From NCBI GenBank assembly GCA_964612665.1, contig CAZTCI010000004.1, positions 142,376 to 206,375 of the forward strand: a DNA stretch of 64,000 bases, in the 5' to 3' direction. Positions 19,081 through 27,763 of the stretch are shown in pieces. Both the position numbers and the translations under genes were made by a program. The notes below the pieces were generated by a model that was not told the DNA's origin, did no database searches, and saw only the letters and a list, made by a program, of their open reading frames with translations. Source of the DNA: an uncultured Planctomycetales bacterium. GTDB lineage: Bacteria > Omnitrophota > Gorgyraeia > Zapsychrales > JAHFFX01. Position 1 is the first letter of the stretch. Every line of letters starts with the position of its first letter.

Positions 19081-19992
19081 ATGAACATTTCAGTCAAAAT
19101 CGCCAATATAGAATTCAAGAATCCCGTGACCGTTGCCTCCGGTACTTTCGGTCACGCCGAGAAATTCTATAATTTGGAAGAAGTCAAAAAACTCGGCGCG
19201 CTTGTTCCCAAGACCGTGACGCTCAATCAGCGCATCGGCAATCCGCCGCCGCGGATTTTGGAAACGCCTTCGGGAATGTTAAACGCGATTGGGATTGAGA
19301 ATCCCGGAGTGGATGGGTTCATTGAAAACAAACTGCCCGCTTTAAGGAAAATTGGGATTCCACTCATCATAAGTATTCTTGAGAATACCGATGAGGATTT
19401 TGCCACGCTAACTAACAAATTTAATGAAGCACAAGGCGTTAGCGCGTTAGAATTAAATTTGTCGTGTCCAAATCTCAAACACAAAGTTTTAGTCGCGCAA
19501 GATCCGCAAGCGACGCATCGTGTGGTTAAATTGGTTAAAAGTATTTCGCGTTATCCAGTGATTGCGAAATTATCGCCGAATGTTACTGATATCGGCGTTA
19601 TGGCCAGAGCCGCGCAGGACGCCGGTGCTGATGCGGTAAGTTTAATCAACACTTTTTCGGCGATGGCAATTAACATTAAAACCCGGCGGTCGATTTTGGG
19701 AAATTTTACCGGAGGCTTAAGCGGCCCGGCGATCAAACCGATTGCCCTGCGCATGGTTTACGAAGCAACCAAAGCGGTTTCAGTTCCAGTCATCGCGATG
19801 GGCGGCATTATGAAAGCTGAGGATGCGCTGGAATTTATCATCGCAGGCGCGACCATGGTTGCCGTCGGGACAGCTAACTTCGTCAATCCTCGCGCGCCGC
19901 TTGAAGTTTTAGAAGGCATCAAACTTTATATGAAGCAAAATAAGATTAGTGATATTCGAGAACTTATTGGGAGTCTCAAAACGCATAGTTAA
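19081..19992 (+). CDS. pyrD: dihydroorotate dehydrogenase catalytic subunit (class 1B)
   Basis: NPVTVASGTFG...LSCPN...GGI core of PyrD. Start set at MNISV after repeat B1. Confidence 0.85.
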   Translation: MNISVKIANIEFKNPVTVASGTFGHAEKFYNLEEVKKLGALVPKTVTLNQRIGNPPPRILETPSGMLNAIGIENPGVDGFIENKLPALRKIGIPLIISILENTDEDFATLTNKFNEAQGVSALELNLSCPNLKHKVLVAQDPQATHRVVKLVKSISRYPVIAKLSPNVTDIGVMARAAQDAGADAVSLINTFSAMAINIKTRRSILGNFTGGLSGPAIKPIALRMVYEATKAVSVPVIAMGGIMKAEDALEFIIAGATMVAVGTANFVNPRAPLEVLEGIKLYMKQNKISDIRELIGSLKTHS

Positions 19993-20125
19993 ATTTTTTC
20001 CGTCCCCGCAGAGCGTAAGGCGGCCGGACGCGATATGATCGCCGAAGCCCCATCTACACCTCCGGGGTGCGGATGGGTTCTGCGAAGAGATTTAAAACAG
20101 ACGAAAAAACAAAAAAGGAGTCCGT

Positions 20126-22531
20126 ATGACAAAGTGGAAAAGATCGACGGGAAAAGGGTGGGCATGTACTCTGGCGGCTTTCATGATGCTTTTGATGGGG
20201 AGGGCCGCGTTTGCCGGCGAGGCGGATTTGGTTATCCCTGATTTATCTTCAGTTCACTTCTTAGGCGTTGACGGCCGTTCACTCCTCTTGTATGGCATGC
20301 TGATTTGTGTTTTTGGATTCGTCTTCGGGTTGATCCAATTTTTCAGTATTAAAAATATGCCGGTCCATTCCAGCATGCGCGACATCTCGGAATTGATTTA
20401 TGAAACCTGTAAAACTTATTTAATCACTCAGGGGAAATTTATTTTGATCCTGGAAGTTCTCGTCGGATGTATCATCGTCGCTTACTTCGGATGGCTTCGG
20501 CATTTTGAAGCGAACAAAGTTCTTTTGATTCTGATGGCGAGTTTGGTTGGGATTTCCGGGAGTTATATGGTCGCGTGGTTTGGGATGCGGATTAACACAT
20601 TTGCGAATTCGCGCAGTGCTTTTGCCAGTTTAAAAGGAAACCCCGCGCCGGTGTGTGAAATCCCGCTGCAAGCCGGAATGAGCATCGGCATGCTTTTGAT
20701 CAGCACGGAATTATTTGTCATGTTATGCATTTTGCTTTTTGTGAATCCAGCGAACGCTGGGCCGTGTTTTATTGGCTTTGCGATCGGCGAGTCCTTGGGC
20801 GCTTCTGTTTTACGTATCGCCGGCGGGATTTTCACAAAGATCGCGGATATCGGTTCGGATTTAATGAAGATTGATTTTAAAATTAAAGAAGACGACGCCC
20901 GTAATCCTGGTGTTATTGCGGATTGTACGGGTGATAACGCCGGCGATTCTGTCGGCCCGACGGCAGATGGGTTTGAAACTTACGGTGTCACCGGAGTCGC
21001 GCTCATTTCTTTTATTTTGCTTGCGGTTAAACAACCGCTTGTTCAAGTCCAGCTGCTGGTTTGGATTTTTGTAATCCGTCTCGTCATGATTATCGCGAGC
21101 GGGCTTTCGTATACGATCAATGGTTTTTTTGTGCAAAGCTCGTTGGCCAATAAAACTAAAGTGAATTTTGAAGTGCCCTTAACTTCGCTTGTATGGATCA
21201 CGTCGATTGTCTCGGTCGCGTTGACTTTTCTGGCGTCAGCGCTTTTAATTCCGACGCTGGGTGATGGAACGTTGTGGTGGAAACTGGCTTCAATTATTAC
21301 CTGCGGTACGCTCGCCGGTGCGATCATTCCTGAATTAGTGAAAATTTTTACCTCAACGGAATCACAGCATGTTCAAAACATCCGTCATTCATCGAACAAA
21401 GGTGGTGCGTCTTTAAATATTCTTGCAGGTTTGACGACGGGAAATTTCAGCGCCTATTGGATGGGCTTGACGATTATTTTAATCATGGCGATTGTGTATT
21501 TTATTAGTGGCATGGGTTTGAGTCAACTCATGATCGCGCCGGCGGTTTTTGCATTTGGTTTGGTAGCCTTTGGATTCTTAGGCATGGGGCCGGTCACACT
21601 CGCCGTCGATTCCTACGGTCCCGTCGCTGATAACGCCCAGTCCATTTATGAGCTTTCTTTGATTGAATCCATTCCCAATATTAAAAATGATTTAAAAACC
21701 AATTTCGGGTTTGAACCTAATTTTGAAAAAGCCAAATATTATTTGGAAACGAACGACGGCGCCGGAAATACTTTTAAGGCAACCGCCAAGCCAGTTTTAA
21801 TCGGAACAGCGGTCGTCGGCGCGACCACCATGATTTTTTCCATCATTGTTATCCTGACACAAGGTTTGACGGTCAATATCGATAAACTTTCCATTCTTTA
21901 TCCGCCGTTTTTCTTTGGGTTAATTACCGGCGGTGCGGTCATTTATTGGTTTACCGGCGCCTCCACCCATGCAGTCACCTCCGGCGCGTATCACGCGGTT
22001 GAATATATCAAAGACAATATTAAACTTGAAGGCGTTCAGAAAGCTTCAACCGAAGACAGTAAAAAGGTCGTTGAGATCTGCACGCAGTTCGCGCAGAAGG
22101 GGATGATCAATTTGTTTCTCGCGATTTTCTTTACGACGCTGGCCTTCGCTTGCTTTAATCCGTATTATTTTATCGGATACTTAATTTCGATTGCGATCTT
22201 TGGACTTTTTCAAGCGATCTTTATGGCGAATGCCGGCGGCGCCTGGGACAATGCCAAAAAGTTCGTCGAAGTTGATTTAAAAGAAAAAGGAACACAGCTT
22301 CATGCCGCGACCGTCATTGGTGACACCGTTGGAGATCCGTTCAAAGATACTTCCGCGGTTGCGATTAATCCGATTATCAAATTTACAACACTTTTCGGAT
22401 TACTCGCGATTGAAATCGCGATTGAATTAAGCCGCAATTTGTCGCTGGGGCTGGCGGTTGTCTTTTTTGCGGTGGCGTTGGTTTTTGTGGTGAAGTCGTT
22501 TAATGACATGACTATTAAGGTCAAAGAATAA
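20126..22531 (+). CDS. hppA: membrane-bound proton/sodium-translocating pyrophosphatase
   Basis: About 16 TM helices. GDNVGDxAG-type motifs (DCTGDNAGDSVGPTADGFE, GDTVGDPFKDT) are diagnostic of V-type H+-PPase. Confidence 0.9.
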   Translation: MTKWKRSTGKGWACTLAAFMMLLMGRAAFAGEADLVIPDLSSVHFLGVDGRSLLLYGMLICVFGFVFGLIQFFSIKNMPVHSSMRDISELIYETCKTYLITQGKFILILEVLVGCIIVAYFGWLRHFEANKVLLILMASLVGISGSYMVAWFGMRINTFANSRSAFASLKGNPAPVCEIPLQAGMSIGMLLISTELFVMLCILLFVNPANAGPCFIGFAIGESLGASVLRIAGGIFTKIADIGSDLMKIDFKIKEDDARNPGVIADCTGDNAGDSVGPTADGFETYGVTGVALISFILLAVKQPLVQVQLLVWIFVIRLVMIIASGLSYTINGFFVQSSLANKTKVNFEVPLTSLVWITSIVSVALTFLASALLIPTLGDGTLWWKLASIITCGTLAGAIIPELVKIFTSTESQHVQNIRHSSNKGGASLNILAGLTTGNFSAYWMGLTIILIMAIVYFISGMGLSQLMIAPAVFAFGLVAFGFLGMGPVTLAVDSYGPVADNAQSIYELSLIESIPNIKNDLKTNFGFEPNFEKAKYYLETNDGAGNTFKATAKPVLIGTAVVGATTMIFSIIVILTQGLTVNIDKLSILYPPFFFGLITGGAVIYWFTGASTHAVTSGAYHAVEYIKDNIKLEGVQKASTEDSKKVVEICTQFAQKGMINLFLAIFFTTLAFACFNPYYFIGYLISIAIFGLFQAIFMANAGGAWDNAKKFVEVDLKEKGTQLHAATVIGDTVGDPFKDTSAVAINPIIKFTTLFGLLAIEIAIELSRNLSLGLAVVFFAVALVFVVKSFNDMTIKVKE

Positions 22532-22540
22532 AAACTAAGA

Positions 22541-22622
22541 TAAGGAGAAAGGAGCGAGTAGAAAGTAGAGAGTCTGTGCAAGTTTGCATCTCTCTACTCT
22601 CTCCTTGTTACTCTCTACTCTT
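22541..22622. repeat. family A palindromic repeat, copy A4
   Basis: aaggagaaaggagcgagtagaaagtagagagt...actctctactctctccttgttactctctactctt. Fills the gap between hppA stop and pyrF start. Confidence 0.75.
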
Positions 22623-22624
22623 GA

Positions 22625-23353
22625 ATGCGCAAGCCTCAACTCATCGTAGCGCTCGATGTCGAAACCTTCGAAGAAGCCCGACGGCTGATAGATCAGCTCG
22701 CCGATACGGTTGATGTTTTCAAAATCGGCAGCCAGCTTTTCACCAGCTGCGGGCCGGTTGCAGTGCGGTATCTTTTGGCGATGGGAAAAAAAGTTTTTTT
22801 GGATTTGAAGTTTCATGATATTCCCAATACCGTTGGAAATGCCGTCCGTGCGGCGGTCAGCATTAATTCTCAAGGCGTCAATGGTATTTTAATGTACACC
22901 GTACATACGCTGGGCGGCCGCGCGATGCTTGAAGCCGCCGTCGCGGCCGCCCAGGAAAAATCGAAAGAGCTCGGCATTCCAAAACCTTTAACGCTCGGCA
23001 TCACTGTGTTGACAAGCGATGCACCCCAGGCTAACATAGCGCCTCTTGTTTTAGAATGGGCCCGGTTGGCCAAGGAATCAGGATTAGACGGCGTTGTAGC
23101 ATCCGTTGAAGAATCGCCTTTGATCCGACGAGAATTTGGAAAAGATTTTGTGATTGTCACCCCAGGCATTCGTCCGCAAGGCGCGGATAAAGGAGACCAG
23201 GCCCGCGTTGCCACACCGGCTCAAGCGATTTTAAATGGAAGTGATTATTTAGTCGTAGGTCGGCCGATTGTGAAAGCCGAGAATCAACGCGCGGCGGCGT
23301 TAGCTATCTTAGAAGAGATTCAAATAGCGCTAAAAAATGGAGACACGCGATGA
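22625..23353 (+). CDS. pyrF: orotidine 5'-phosphate decarboxylase
   Basis: LIVALDV...DLKFHDIPNTV...VGRPI motifs of type-1 OMP decarboxylase. Confidence 0.85.
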   Translation: MRKPQLIVALDVETFEEARRLIDQLADTVDVFKIGSQLFTSCGPVAVRYLLAMGKKVFLDLKFHDIPNTVGNAVRAAVSINSQGVNGILMYTVHTLGGRAMLEAAVAAAQEKSKELGIPKPLTLGITVLTSDAPQANIAPLVLEWARLAKESGLDGVVASVEESPLIRREFGKDFVIVTPGIRPQGADKGDQARVATPAQAILNGSDYLVVGRPIVKAENQRAAALAILEEIQIALKNGDTR

Positions 23354-24201
23354 GAAAAATGGCAATCATTTTGACCTTATTAAATATTCTAACAATTCAT
23401 GGTTTTGCAGAAGAGGTAGATCCAAACCAGATATTTGAAAAGGTAAGAGACACGTATAAGTCGATGGAGACCTATAAATCAGAAGGAACGGTTACTGTTA
23501 CTATCGATCAGGAAAATAGAAAGGAAACCGCAACTACCGAATTTTCCATCCTTTTAAAGAAGCCAAATTTTTATCGTATTGTTTGGAATGAAAAAAATGA
23601 TTTAACGCCACAACAAGTCCAATCCGGTGCTGTCTGGAATGACGGAACTCAACCATATCTTTATAATACAAACTCTTATCATAAAGTATCTAGCGATTTA
23701 ATGGCTCTCGCTTCAGCAACTGGGATTTCAGGCGGAGCTGCAAATACGGTACCTTCATTTTTCTCCCCATTTTTTTACGATAGACCAGATTTGTTTGCAC
23801 ACCTTAAGAATGTAAAGTTAGAAGGAAGTGAGAAAATTGGTGATGATGAGTGTTATGTGATTAGTGGAAGCTCCAGTTATTCCATAAAGGAAACTTTTTG
23901 GATTTCGAAATCAAAAAAGTTGATTGTCAAGTTCTGGCGTTCTCTTGAGGTGCCCGAGGGAGAAAACAAGAGTTTACAACTTTCTGATGATCAGATTGCA
24001 AAAGCGATTAAGGCAGATGGAAAAGAAGTAAACGAAGAAAATATAAAAGATATGAGAGCAAAGATGGATATGATCAAAGCTTTTATGAATGTTAAAGTAA
24101 AAGGTGAGGCAGAAGAAATTCACACACCAATCCTTTCTCCTAAATTGGAATTATCAAATTTTAAATTTGCTATACCTGAAGGTGCAGTCTTAAAACAATA
24201 A
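23350..24201 (+). CDS. secreted hypothetical protein (LolA-like / DUF2092-like fold suspected)
   Basis: Signal peptide MRKMAIILTLLNILTIHGFA. No confident domain match by eye. Confidence 0.35.
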   Translation: MRKMAIILTLLNILTIHGFAEEVDPNQIFEKVRDTYKSMETYKSEGTVTVTIDQENRKETATTEFSILLKKPNFYRIVWNEKNDLTPQQVQSGAVWNDGTQPYLYNTNSYHKVSSDLMALASATGISGGAANTVPSFFSPFFYDRPDLFAHLKNVKLEGSEKIGDDECYVISGSSSYSIKETFWISKSKKLIVKFWRSLEVPEGENKSLQLSDDQIAKAIKADGKEVNEENIKDMRAKMDMIKAFMNVKVKGEAEEIHTPILSPKLELSNFKFAIPEGAVLKQ

Positions 24202-24215
24202 TTTCCTAGATTATC

Positions 24216-24288
24216 GGGCGGTTAGCTCAGTTGGTAGAGCATCTGACTTACATTCAGAAGGCCGTTGGTTCGAGACCAGCACCGCCCA
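24216..24288 (+). tRNA. tRNA-Val (anticodon TAC)
   Basis: Manual fold: acceptor gggcggt/accgccc, D stem gctc/gagc, anticodon stem tctga/tcaga with loop cuUACau, T loop ttcgaga. Confidence 0.85.
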
Positions 24289-24311
24289 TTTAATAAACGT
24301 ACGATTTATAT

Positions 24312-24340
24312 TTGACAACGTACGCCTCGTAATTTATACT
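24312..24340 (+). promoter_or_regulatory. sigma70-like promoter (TTGACA-N17-TATACT) with flanking ACGTACG repeats, upstream of the TA pair
   Basis: -35 at 24312..24317, -10 at 24335..24340. Direct repeats aacgtacg on both sides of the -35. GGAGG RBS at 24348. Confidence 0.5.
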
Positions 24341-24361
24341 TCGGGTTAGGAGGTAATAATC

Positions 24362-24589
24362 ATGATTAAGCCATCTCAATTTAGAGAAGATATCTATAAT
24401 TTACTCGATCGTGTTATCGAGACAGGAGTTCCTCTGGAAATTAAAAGAAAAGGAAAAGTATTGAAAGTTATGTTGGATAAGAAAGTCAGCAAATTGAGTA
24501 ATCTGAAAAAAAGAAATGTCATGTCAGCCCCGCCTGATTATTATGTTCACTTAGACTGGTCTAAAGAATGGCAATATAAAGATCGATGA
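24362..24589 (+). CDS. type II antitoxin, Phd/YefM-like
   Basis: 75 aa. N-terminal IKPSQFREDIYNLLDRVIETGVPLEIKRKGK resembles the Phd/YefM antitoxin fold. ATGA overlap with the downstream PIN gene. Confidence 0.55.
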   Translation: MIKPSQFREDIYNLLDRVIETGVPLEIKRKGKVLKVMLDKKVSKLSNLKKRNVMSAPPDYYVHLDWSKEWQYKDR

Positions 24590-24960
24590 TTTATTTAGAT
24601 ACTCATATGGTTTTATGGCTTTATTCTGGAGACGTAGATTTGATATCAAAAAAAGTTCTAGATGCGCTTGATAGCGATGAGCTTTATGTTTCTCCCATAG
24701 TAGACTTAGAGTTAGAGTATTTAAAAGAAAGTAAAAAGATTAAAAAATCTCCTTTCGAAATTTTTGAAACCCTCCATAAAGAAATTAATTTAAAAGTCTG
24801 TAGCAAAGATTTTCACAGCATTATAAGAGAAGCCCTCAATATGCATTGGACCAGAGATCCCTTTGATCGTATTATTGTTGCCCATGCTTCTTTAAATAAC
24901 AATCCTTTGATTACCAAAGATGAAAACATTCGAGCTCATTATAAATATGTGATTTGGTGA
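24586..24960 (+). CDS. vapC: PIN-domain toxin (VapC-like)
   Basis: 124 aa. N-terminal acidic Asp (YLDTHMV), central and C-terminal acidic residues (DRIIVAHA) fit the PIN fold. Classic 4-bp overlap with the antitoxin. Confidence 0.65.
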   Translation: MIYLDTHMVLWLYSGDVDLISKKVLDALDSDELYVSPIVDLELEYLKESKKIKKSPFEIFETLHKEINLKVCSKDFHSIIREALNMHWTRDPFDRIIVAHASLNNNPLITKDENIRAHYKYVIW

Positions 24961-25019
24961 TCAAGTTTTCACAATTTAAAGAATCCAGAAAATTTCTAAC
25001 TTACAACGAAAGGTTATCT

Positions 25020-26459
25020 ATGAATCTTTTCGTCAAAAAACCCATCGAAGCAATCATTGCAAACTCCGAGGAGGGTGAGCATAAATTAAAGCGGACGCTG
25101 GGGCCGATGAGTTTGATTGCACTTGGGATTGGTGCAATTATCGGCGCTGGGCTTTTTTCTCTGACGGGAATCGCGGCCGCAGAGAATGCCGGGCCGGCGG
25201 TTGTTCTTTCCTTCGTCGTCGCGGCGATCGGTTGTACCTTTGCCGGGATGTGTTACAGCGAATTGGCCTCCATGATTCCGGTCGCGGGGAGCGCCTACAC
25301 TTATACATACGCGACGATGGGAGAATTGGTTGCATGGATTATCGGCTGGGATTTGGTTTTGGAATACGCGGTTGCGTCGGCGGTTGTGGCGGTCAGCTGG
25401 TCGCGTTATGTGGGTTCACTCTTACATGATTTTGGCATTACAATTCCGGCGCGCTTCGCGGCTTGTCCTTTTGATCTTGTAAAATTACCCGACGGTTCTG
25501 AGGCACACGGTTTCATTAATATTCCCGCTATCATTATCATTGTTTTGATTTCAATTCTCTTAATGTTAGGCATTAAAGAATCAGCGAACGTTAATGGGGT
25601 TATCGTTATCGTTAAGTTGATTGTGGTTTTAACTTTTATTTTCGTCGGAGTGCATTACATCAAAACAGAAAATTATGTGCCGTTTATTCCGCCGAACACG
25701 GGGACGTTTGGGGAGTTTGGGATAAGCGGGATTATGCGGGCCGCCGGAGTTATTTTCTTTGCGTATATTGGGTTTGACACAGTGTCGACGGCGGCCCAGG
25801 AGTCGCGTCAGCCGCAGAAAGATGTGCCGATTGGGATTATCGGGTCGCTTATTATTTGCACGATTTTGTATTTGGCGTTTTCTTCCGTATTAACCGGCAT
25901 GGTCAATTATAAAGCGATGAAAGGAGACGCGGCGCCGGTTGCAACCGCGATTAACTTGACGCCGTACCCATGGCTGCAAATGATGGTGAAGTTTGGAATC
26001 GTCAGTGGTTTTACTTCTGTTATTTTGGTTTTGCTTTTGGGACAATCCCGCGTGTTTTATTCAATGTCCCGCGACGGGCTTTTACCGAAATTATTTTCCC
26101 AAATCCATCCGCAATGGAAAACGCCATGGCTTTCTAATGTTATCTTTATGTTTTTTATTAGTTTCTTCGCCGGGTTTTTTCCCATTTCAAAATTGGGCCA
26201 CATGACGAGCATTGGGACACTGCTGGCTTTTGTTATTGTTTGCGCCGGTGTCATGATTCTCCGGTACACACAACCAAACGTCCCGCGGCCTTACAAGGTT
26301 CCGTTCGTCCCAGTATTTCCTATCCTCGGCATTTTGGTATGTCTGTCAATGATGACATCACTTGATCAAGATACCTGGTGGCGGCTTTTTATCTGGCTCG
26401 CCATTGGGTTGGTTATTTATTTTAGTTACAGCCGGTTTCACAGCCGCTTAAACCGATGA
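25020..26459 (+). CDS. amino acid permease (APC superfamily)
   Basis: 12-TM APC-type sequence with GAGLFSLTG and FAYIGFD motifs. Start set at MNLFVKK. Confidence 0.8.
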   Translation: MNLFVKKPIEAIIANSEEGEHKLKRTLGPMSLIALGIGAIIGAGLFSLTGIAAAENAGPAVVLSFVVAAIGCTFAGMCYSELASMIPVAGSAYTYTYATMGELVAWIIGWDLVLEYAVASAVVAVSWSRYVGSLLHDFGITIPARFAACPFDLVKLPDGSEAHGFINIPAIIIIVLISILLMLGIKESANVNGVIVIVKLIVVLTFIFVGVHYIKTENYVPFIPPNTGTFGEFGISGIMRAAGVIFFAYIGFDTVSTAAQESRQPQKDVPIGIIGSLIICTILYLAFSSVLTGMVNYKAMKGDAAPVATAINLTPYPWLQMMVKFGIVSGFTSVILVLLLGQSRVFYSMSRDGLLPKLFSQIHPQWKTPWLSNVIFMFFISFFAGFFPISKLGHMTSIGTLLAFVIVCAGVMILRYTQPNVPRPYKVPFVPVFPILGILVCLSMMTSLDQDTWWRLFIWLAIGLVIYFSYSRFHSRLNR

Positions 26460-27049
26460 ACAAACTCAAACAATATTTCTTCACCGGGCTGATTATATTC
26501 TTGCCCATAGCGCTTATCGTCCAGCTTTTACATATCACCGTAACTACGGCGGATAGATTTTTTGGTATTTTTCTAAAGCCGTATTTCACTAAAGAGCTCG
26601 GTTTTTATTCTCAGACTTTTAGTTTAATATTTTGTATTCTTTTAATTTTTAGTTTAGGCGTTTTCGTGACGAACTTTGCGGGAAGAAAGATCCATGAAAT
26701 TTTCGAAGCGTTTTTAGTGCGCATTCCTTTTTTTAAACAAGTCTATCCAGCTTCGAAAGAAATTTCTTCATTTCTGTTTTCGAAAGAAAAGTTTAATTTC
26801 CGTCAGAGTGTCTTAATCCCTTATCCACGTCCGGGCATTTATTCGCTCGGATTTTTAACGAATGAAGGTCCGAAAACCATGTCTCAAAAAACAAACACAG
26901 AGTTATGCCATGTGTTTGTTCCGCACACCCCGCAGCTTTTGAGTGGATTTTTTACCGTTGTTCCCAGAAAAGATTTAATTTTTCCTGAGCTGACTATAGA
27001 ACAAGCCGTAAAATTTATTATGACCGGCGGTATTATTAAGATTGAATAA
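26456..27049 (+). CDS. DUF502-family membrane protein
   Basis: Two N-terminal TM helices and conserved C-terminal ...EQAVKFIMTGGI, typical of DUF502. Confidence 0.5.
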   Translation: MNKLKQYFFTGLIIFLPIALIVQLLHITVTTADRFFGIFLKPYFTKELGFYSQTFSLIFCILLIFSLGVFVTNFAGRKIHEIFEAFLVRIPFFKQVYPASKEISSFLFSKEKFNFRQSVLIPYPRPGIYSLGFLTNEGPKTMSQKTNTELCHVFVPHTPQLLSGFFTVVPRKDLIFPELTIEQAVKFIMTGGIIKIE

Positions 27050-27099
27050 ATGCGTTTTATGAAACGGGTAGTTAAAGAAAAATATTGAAATAATTAAAA

Positions 27100-27246
27100 T
27101 TCTTAGTAAACTATTGGCCGATCTCGAATAGAATTTTTACCTGTCTTTATTTCCGGTACTCGCCCTCGAAGCAAGAAGAAGAGAAATTGAAATTAAGAAA
27201 TATATAAAGGCGTAGAGCATTAAGGAACTAGTTGCATTAAAAGTTG
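27100..27246 (+). pseudogene. remnant of a second GIY-YIG gene (3' end only)
   Basis: Translates to ...ALEARRREIEIKKY, matching the C-terminus of the intact GIY-YIG gene at 27351..27611. About 100 bp of nucleotide similarity to 27460..27596. No 5' half. Confidence 0.6.
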
Positions 27247-27313
27247 GGCCCGTGGTGTAGTCTGGTTAACATGTCACCCCGCCTAAGGCGGGGTGAAGAT
27301 CGCCGCGTTCAAA
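27247..27313 (+). pseudogene. degenerate tRNA-Asp-like fragment (5' acceptor and D arm conserved; anticodon arm replaced by a 7-bp hairpin; no 3' acceptor strand)
   Basis: gggcccgtggtgtagtctggttaacatgtca is identical to the 5' 31 nt of tRNA-Asp at 27597. It is followed by ccccgcc-taa-ggcgggg and a T-arm-like cgccgcgttcaaatcgag, then TTTTT. Confidence 0.6.
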
Positions 27314-27350
27314 TCGAGTTTTTAGTAATATTGTTATCGACAACTTTGTT

Positions 27351-27611
27351 ATGTATTTTGTATATATTATTAAAAGTGTTAAAAATGGAAGGTATTATAC
27401 AGGTTTCACGAGTAATCTTGAGCTAAGAATAAAACAGCATAACGATGGTCAAACTAAATCTCTTAAGAACCGTGGACCTTTTGAAATAGTTTTTACACAA
27501 ACGTATAATACCGCATTAGAAGCGCGAAGAAGAGAAATTGAGATTAAGAAATATAAGGGGGGAAGAGCATTTAGGGAATTATTAAATTCAAAAGTTGGGC
27601 CCGTGGTGTAG
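27351..27611 (+). CDS. GIY-YIG nuclease family protein (YhbQ-like)
   Basis: YFVYIIKSVKNGRYYTGFTSNLELRIKQH is the GIY-YIG signature. The 3' end overlaps the first 15 nt of tRNA-Asp. Confidence 0.7.
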   Translation: MYFVYIIKSVKNGRYYTGFTSNLELRIKQHNDGQTKSLKNRGPFEIVFTQTYNTALEARRREIEIKKYKGGRAFRELLNSKVGPVV

Positions 27612-27671
27612 TCTGGTTAACATGTCAGATTGTCGATCTGAAGATCGCGCGTTCAAATCGCGTCGGGCCCG
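27597..27671 (+). tRNA. tRNA-Asp (anticodon GTC)
   Basis: Acceptor gggcccg/cgggccc, anticodon stem tcaga/tctga with loop uuGUCga, T arm gcgcg-ttcaaat-cgcgt, discriminator G. Confidence 0.85.
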
Positions 27672-27733
27672 TTCTTCTACGTTCCAATGTTTACACGTTG
27701 GAGCTTCGAAGAAACAGGTTCCTATGAAGTACG

Positions 27734-27762
27734 AAAGCCATCTTATAAATTAAGATGGCTTT
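27734..27762. terminator. hairpin terminator between convergent tRNA-Asp and a minus-strand gene
   Basis: aaagccatctta-taaat-taagatggcttt followed by TTTATTT. Abuts the stop codon of the minus-strand GT-C gene. Confidence 0.6.
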
Positions 27763-27763
27763 T

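Noticed and set aside
19995-20125. Riboswitch in the hppA leader
   Set aside because: A nested GC-rich hairpin is present (ccccatc..cacc-tccgg-ggtg..gatgggt), but I could not match it to any known aptamer consensus. Recorded only as part of the GC-rich hairpin class.
20035-20241. 68-aa ORF upstream of and overlapping the hppA start
   Set aside because: Lies in a GC-rich hairpin-containing leader. Overlaps the strongly supported hppA N-terminus out of frame. No recognisable product.
27247-27313. Possibility that the truncated tRNA-like segment is a functional tRNA-Leu(TAA) or an intron-containing tRNA
   Set aside because: No 3' acceptor strand to pair with gggcccg. The 'anticodon arm' is a 7-bp stem with a 3-nt loop. 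The complete tRNA-Asp 350 bp downstream makes a split/intron model unnecessary.
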